From: a bacterium
GTDB lineage: Bacteria; Zhuqueibacterota; Zhuqueibacteria; Oceanimicrobiales; Oceanimicrobiaceae
Direction of reading: 5' to 3'
DNA length: 18,040 nt
Assembly (NCBI GenBank): GCA_046758365.1
Contig: JBHIAC010000056.1
Coordinates: 1 to 18,040 of the forward strand
Made by a program: the position numbers and the translations under genes. The notes below the pieces were generated by a model that did not search any database, was not told the DNA's origin, and saw nothing but the letters and a program-made list of their open reading frames with translations. Below, piece by piece: positions 17,395 to 18,040 of this stretch (positions within the stretch are counted from its first letter, which is position 1; each line of letters starts with the position of its first letter).

Positions 17395-17482
17395 CTGAGT
17401 GCTGGAGTAATGGAATGCTATTTACAATTTATCGTGTTAATAAAAGTTCATCACTCCAAAACTCCATTAATCCAATACTCCA
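17395..17482. repeat. Inverted arrays of an 8-mer (TGGAGTNN x3 ... NNACTCCA x4)
   Basis: Left arm ctgagtgc tggagtaa tggaatgc (17395-17418); right arm tcactcca aaactcca ttaatcca atactcca (17451-17482). Confidence 0.7.
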
Positions 17483-17558
17483 CCCGCATTATAGGCCCTA
17501 CATTTTTATAAGAACACTAAAACTGTTTAAGTAGAAATTCCGAAACATTTATTAAAAC

Positions 17559-17830
17559 GGCTGTGCACCCACCTCCGACCTTTCCTTCCCACGACCGACT
17601 CCAGCAGCCGACTCCGGCTAAGTATCTCTTCGGCACATAAAACAAATACTTACCGCTGCTACCTCCCGGTCCTGACGGGGTTGGGCACCGTTTTATTGCG
17701 AAGAACTTGGACCATCAACATCACTTACTGAAATCGGATTCGAAGGGGAGCAAGCCTCGGGTGGGAATTCAACCCTGCTATAGCGGATTGCAGGATATAG
17801 GGCACCGCTAACTCCCCATCTAGCACAGCC
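17559..17830 (-). ncRNA. ffs: Signal recognition particle RNA, large bacterial type (with Alu domain), ~272 nt
   Basis: Helix-8 motif CCCGTCAGGACCGGGAGGTAGCAGCGG; terminal helix GGCTGTGC...GCACAGCC; 5' Alu-like GGGGAGTTAGCGGTGCCCT...CCTGCAATCCGCTATAGCAGG; usual position upstream of dnaX. Confidence 0.93.
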
Positions 17831-17835
17831 TTTTG

Positions 17836-17908
<73 letters not shown>

Positions 17909-17913
17909 AAACC

Positions 17914-17999
17914 AATTGATAATTGACTATTGAGTTGATAAGGCCACGAAATCTCTTGTCTTAATCGCAATATCAATAATCAATAGACAATAAGCAATA
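17914..17999. repeat. Inverted arrays of a 7-mer (ATTGA core x3-4 ... CAATA core x5) in the tRNA spacer
   Basis: aattgat aattgac tattgag at 17914-17934; CAATA at 17968, 17974, 17981, 17988, 17995. Confidence 0.65.
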
Positions 18000-18011
18000 A
18001 TAAATTAAAAG

Positions 18012-18040
18012 CGGAGAGGGAGGGATTCGAACCCCCGGTG
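18012..18040 (-). tRNA. tRNA-Ser, 3' part only (anticodon outside the window)
   Basis: CACCGGGGGTTCGAATCCCTCCCTCTCCG: T-arm plus the CTCTCCG acceptor strand typical of tRNA-Ser. Confidence 0.85.

Noticed and set aside
17256..17534. 92-aa plus-strand ORF
   Set aside because: Antisense to the dnaX start and crosses the 8-mer repeat array; no coding features.

Overview
AT-rich bacterial chromosomal window (FCB-group/KSB1-like by inference). Nearly everything lies on the minus strand as one co-directional housekeeping run. Read from the right end: tRNA-Ser (partial), tRNA-Ala(CGC), large Alu-containing SRP RNA, dnaX, ybaB/ebfC, recR, pgsA, pgpA, cinA, [insert 1], thpR, recA, recX, [insert 2], alaS, group II GGGP synthase, PHP-type tyrosine phosphatase, BatA/vWA membrane protein, hflX, and a secreted beta-propeller protein that runs off the left end. 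Insert 1 (cinA/thpR) holds an unclassified ~95-nt structured element, a sigma70 promoter, a DUF2442 antitoxin-like gene and a truncated DUF4160 toxin stub. Insert 2 (recX/alaS) holds two small membrane-protein ORFs, one missed by the ORF track. Other points of interest: inverted arrays of 7/8-mer repeats, candidate -1 frameshift sites at domain boundaries in dnaX and cinA, a probable ATT start codon, and an archaeal-type ether-lipid enzyme. No CRISPR array, transposase or integrase was seen. All family assignments come from motif recognition by eye, not from database searches.
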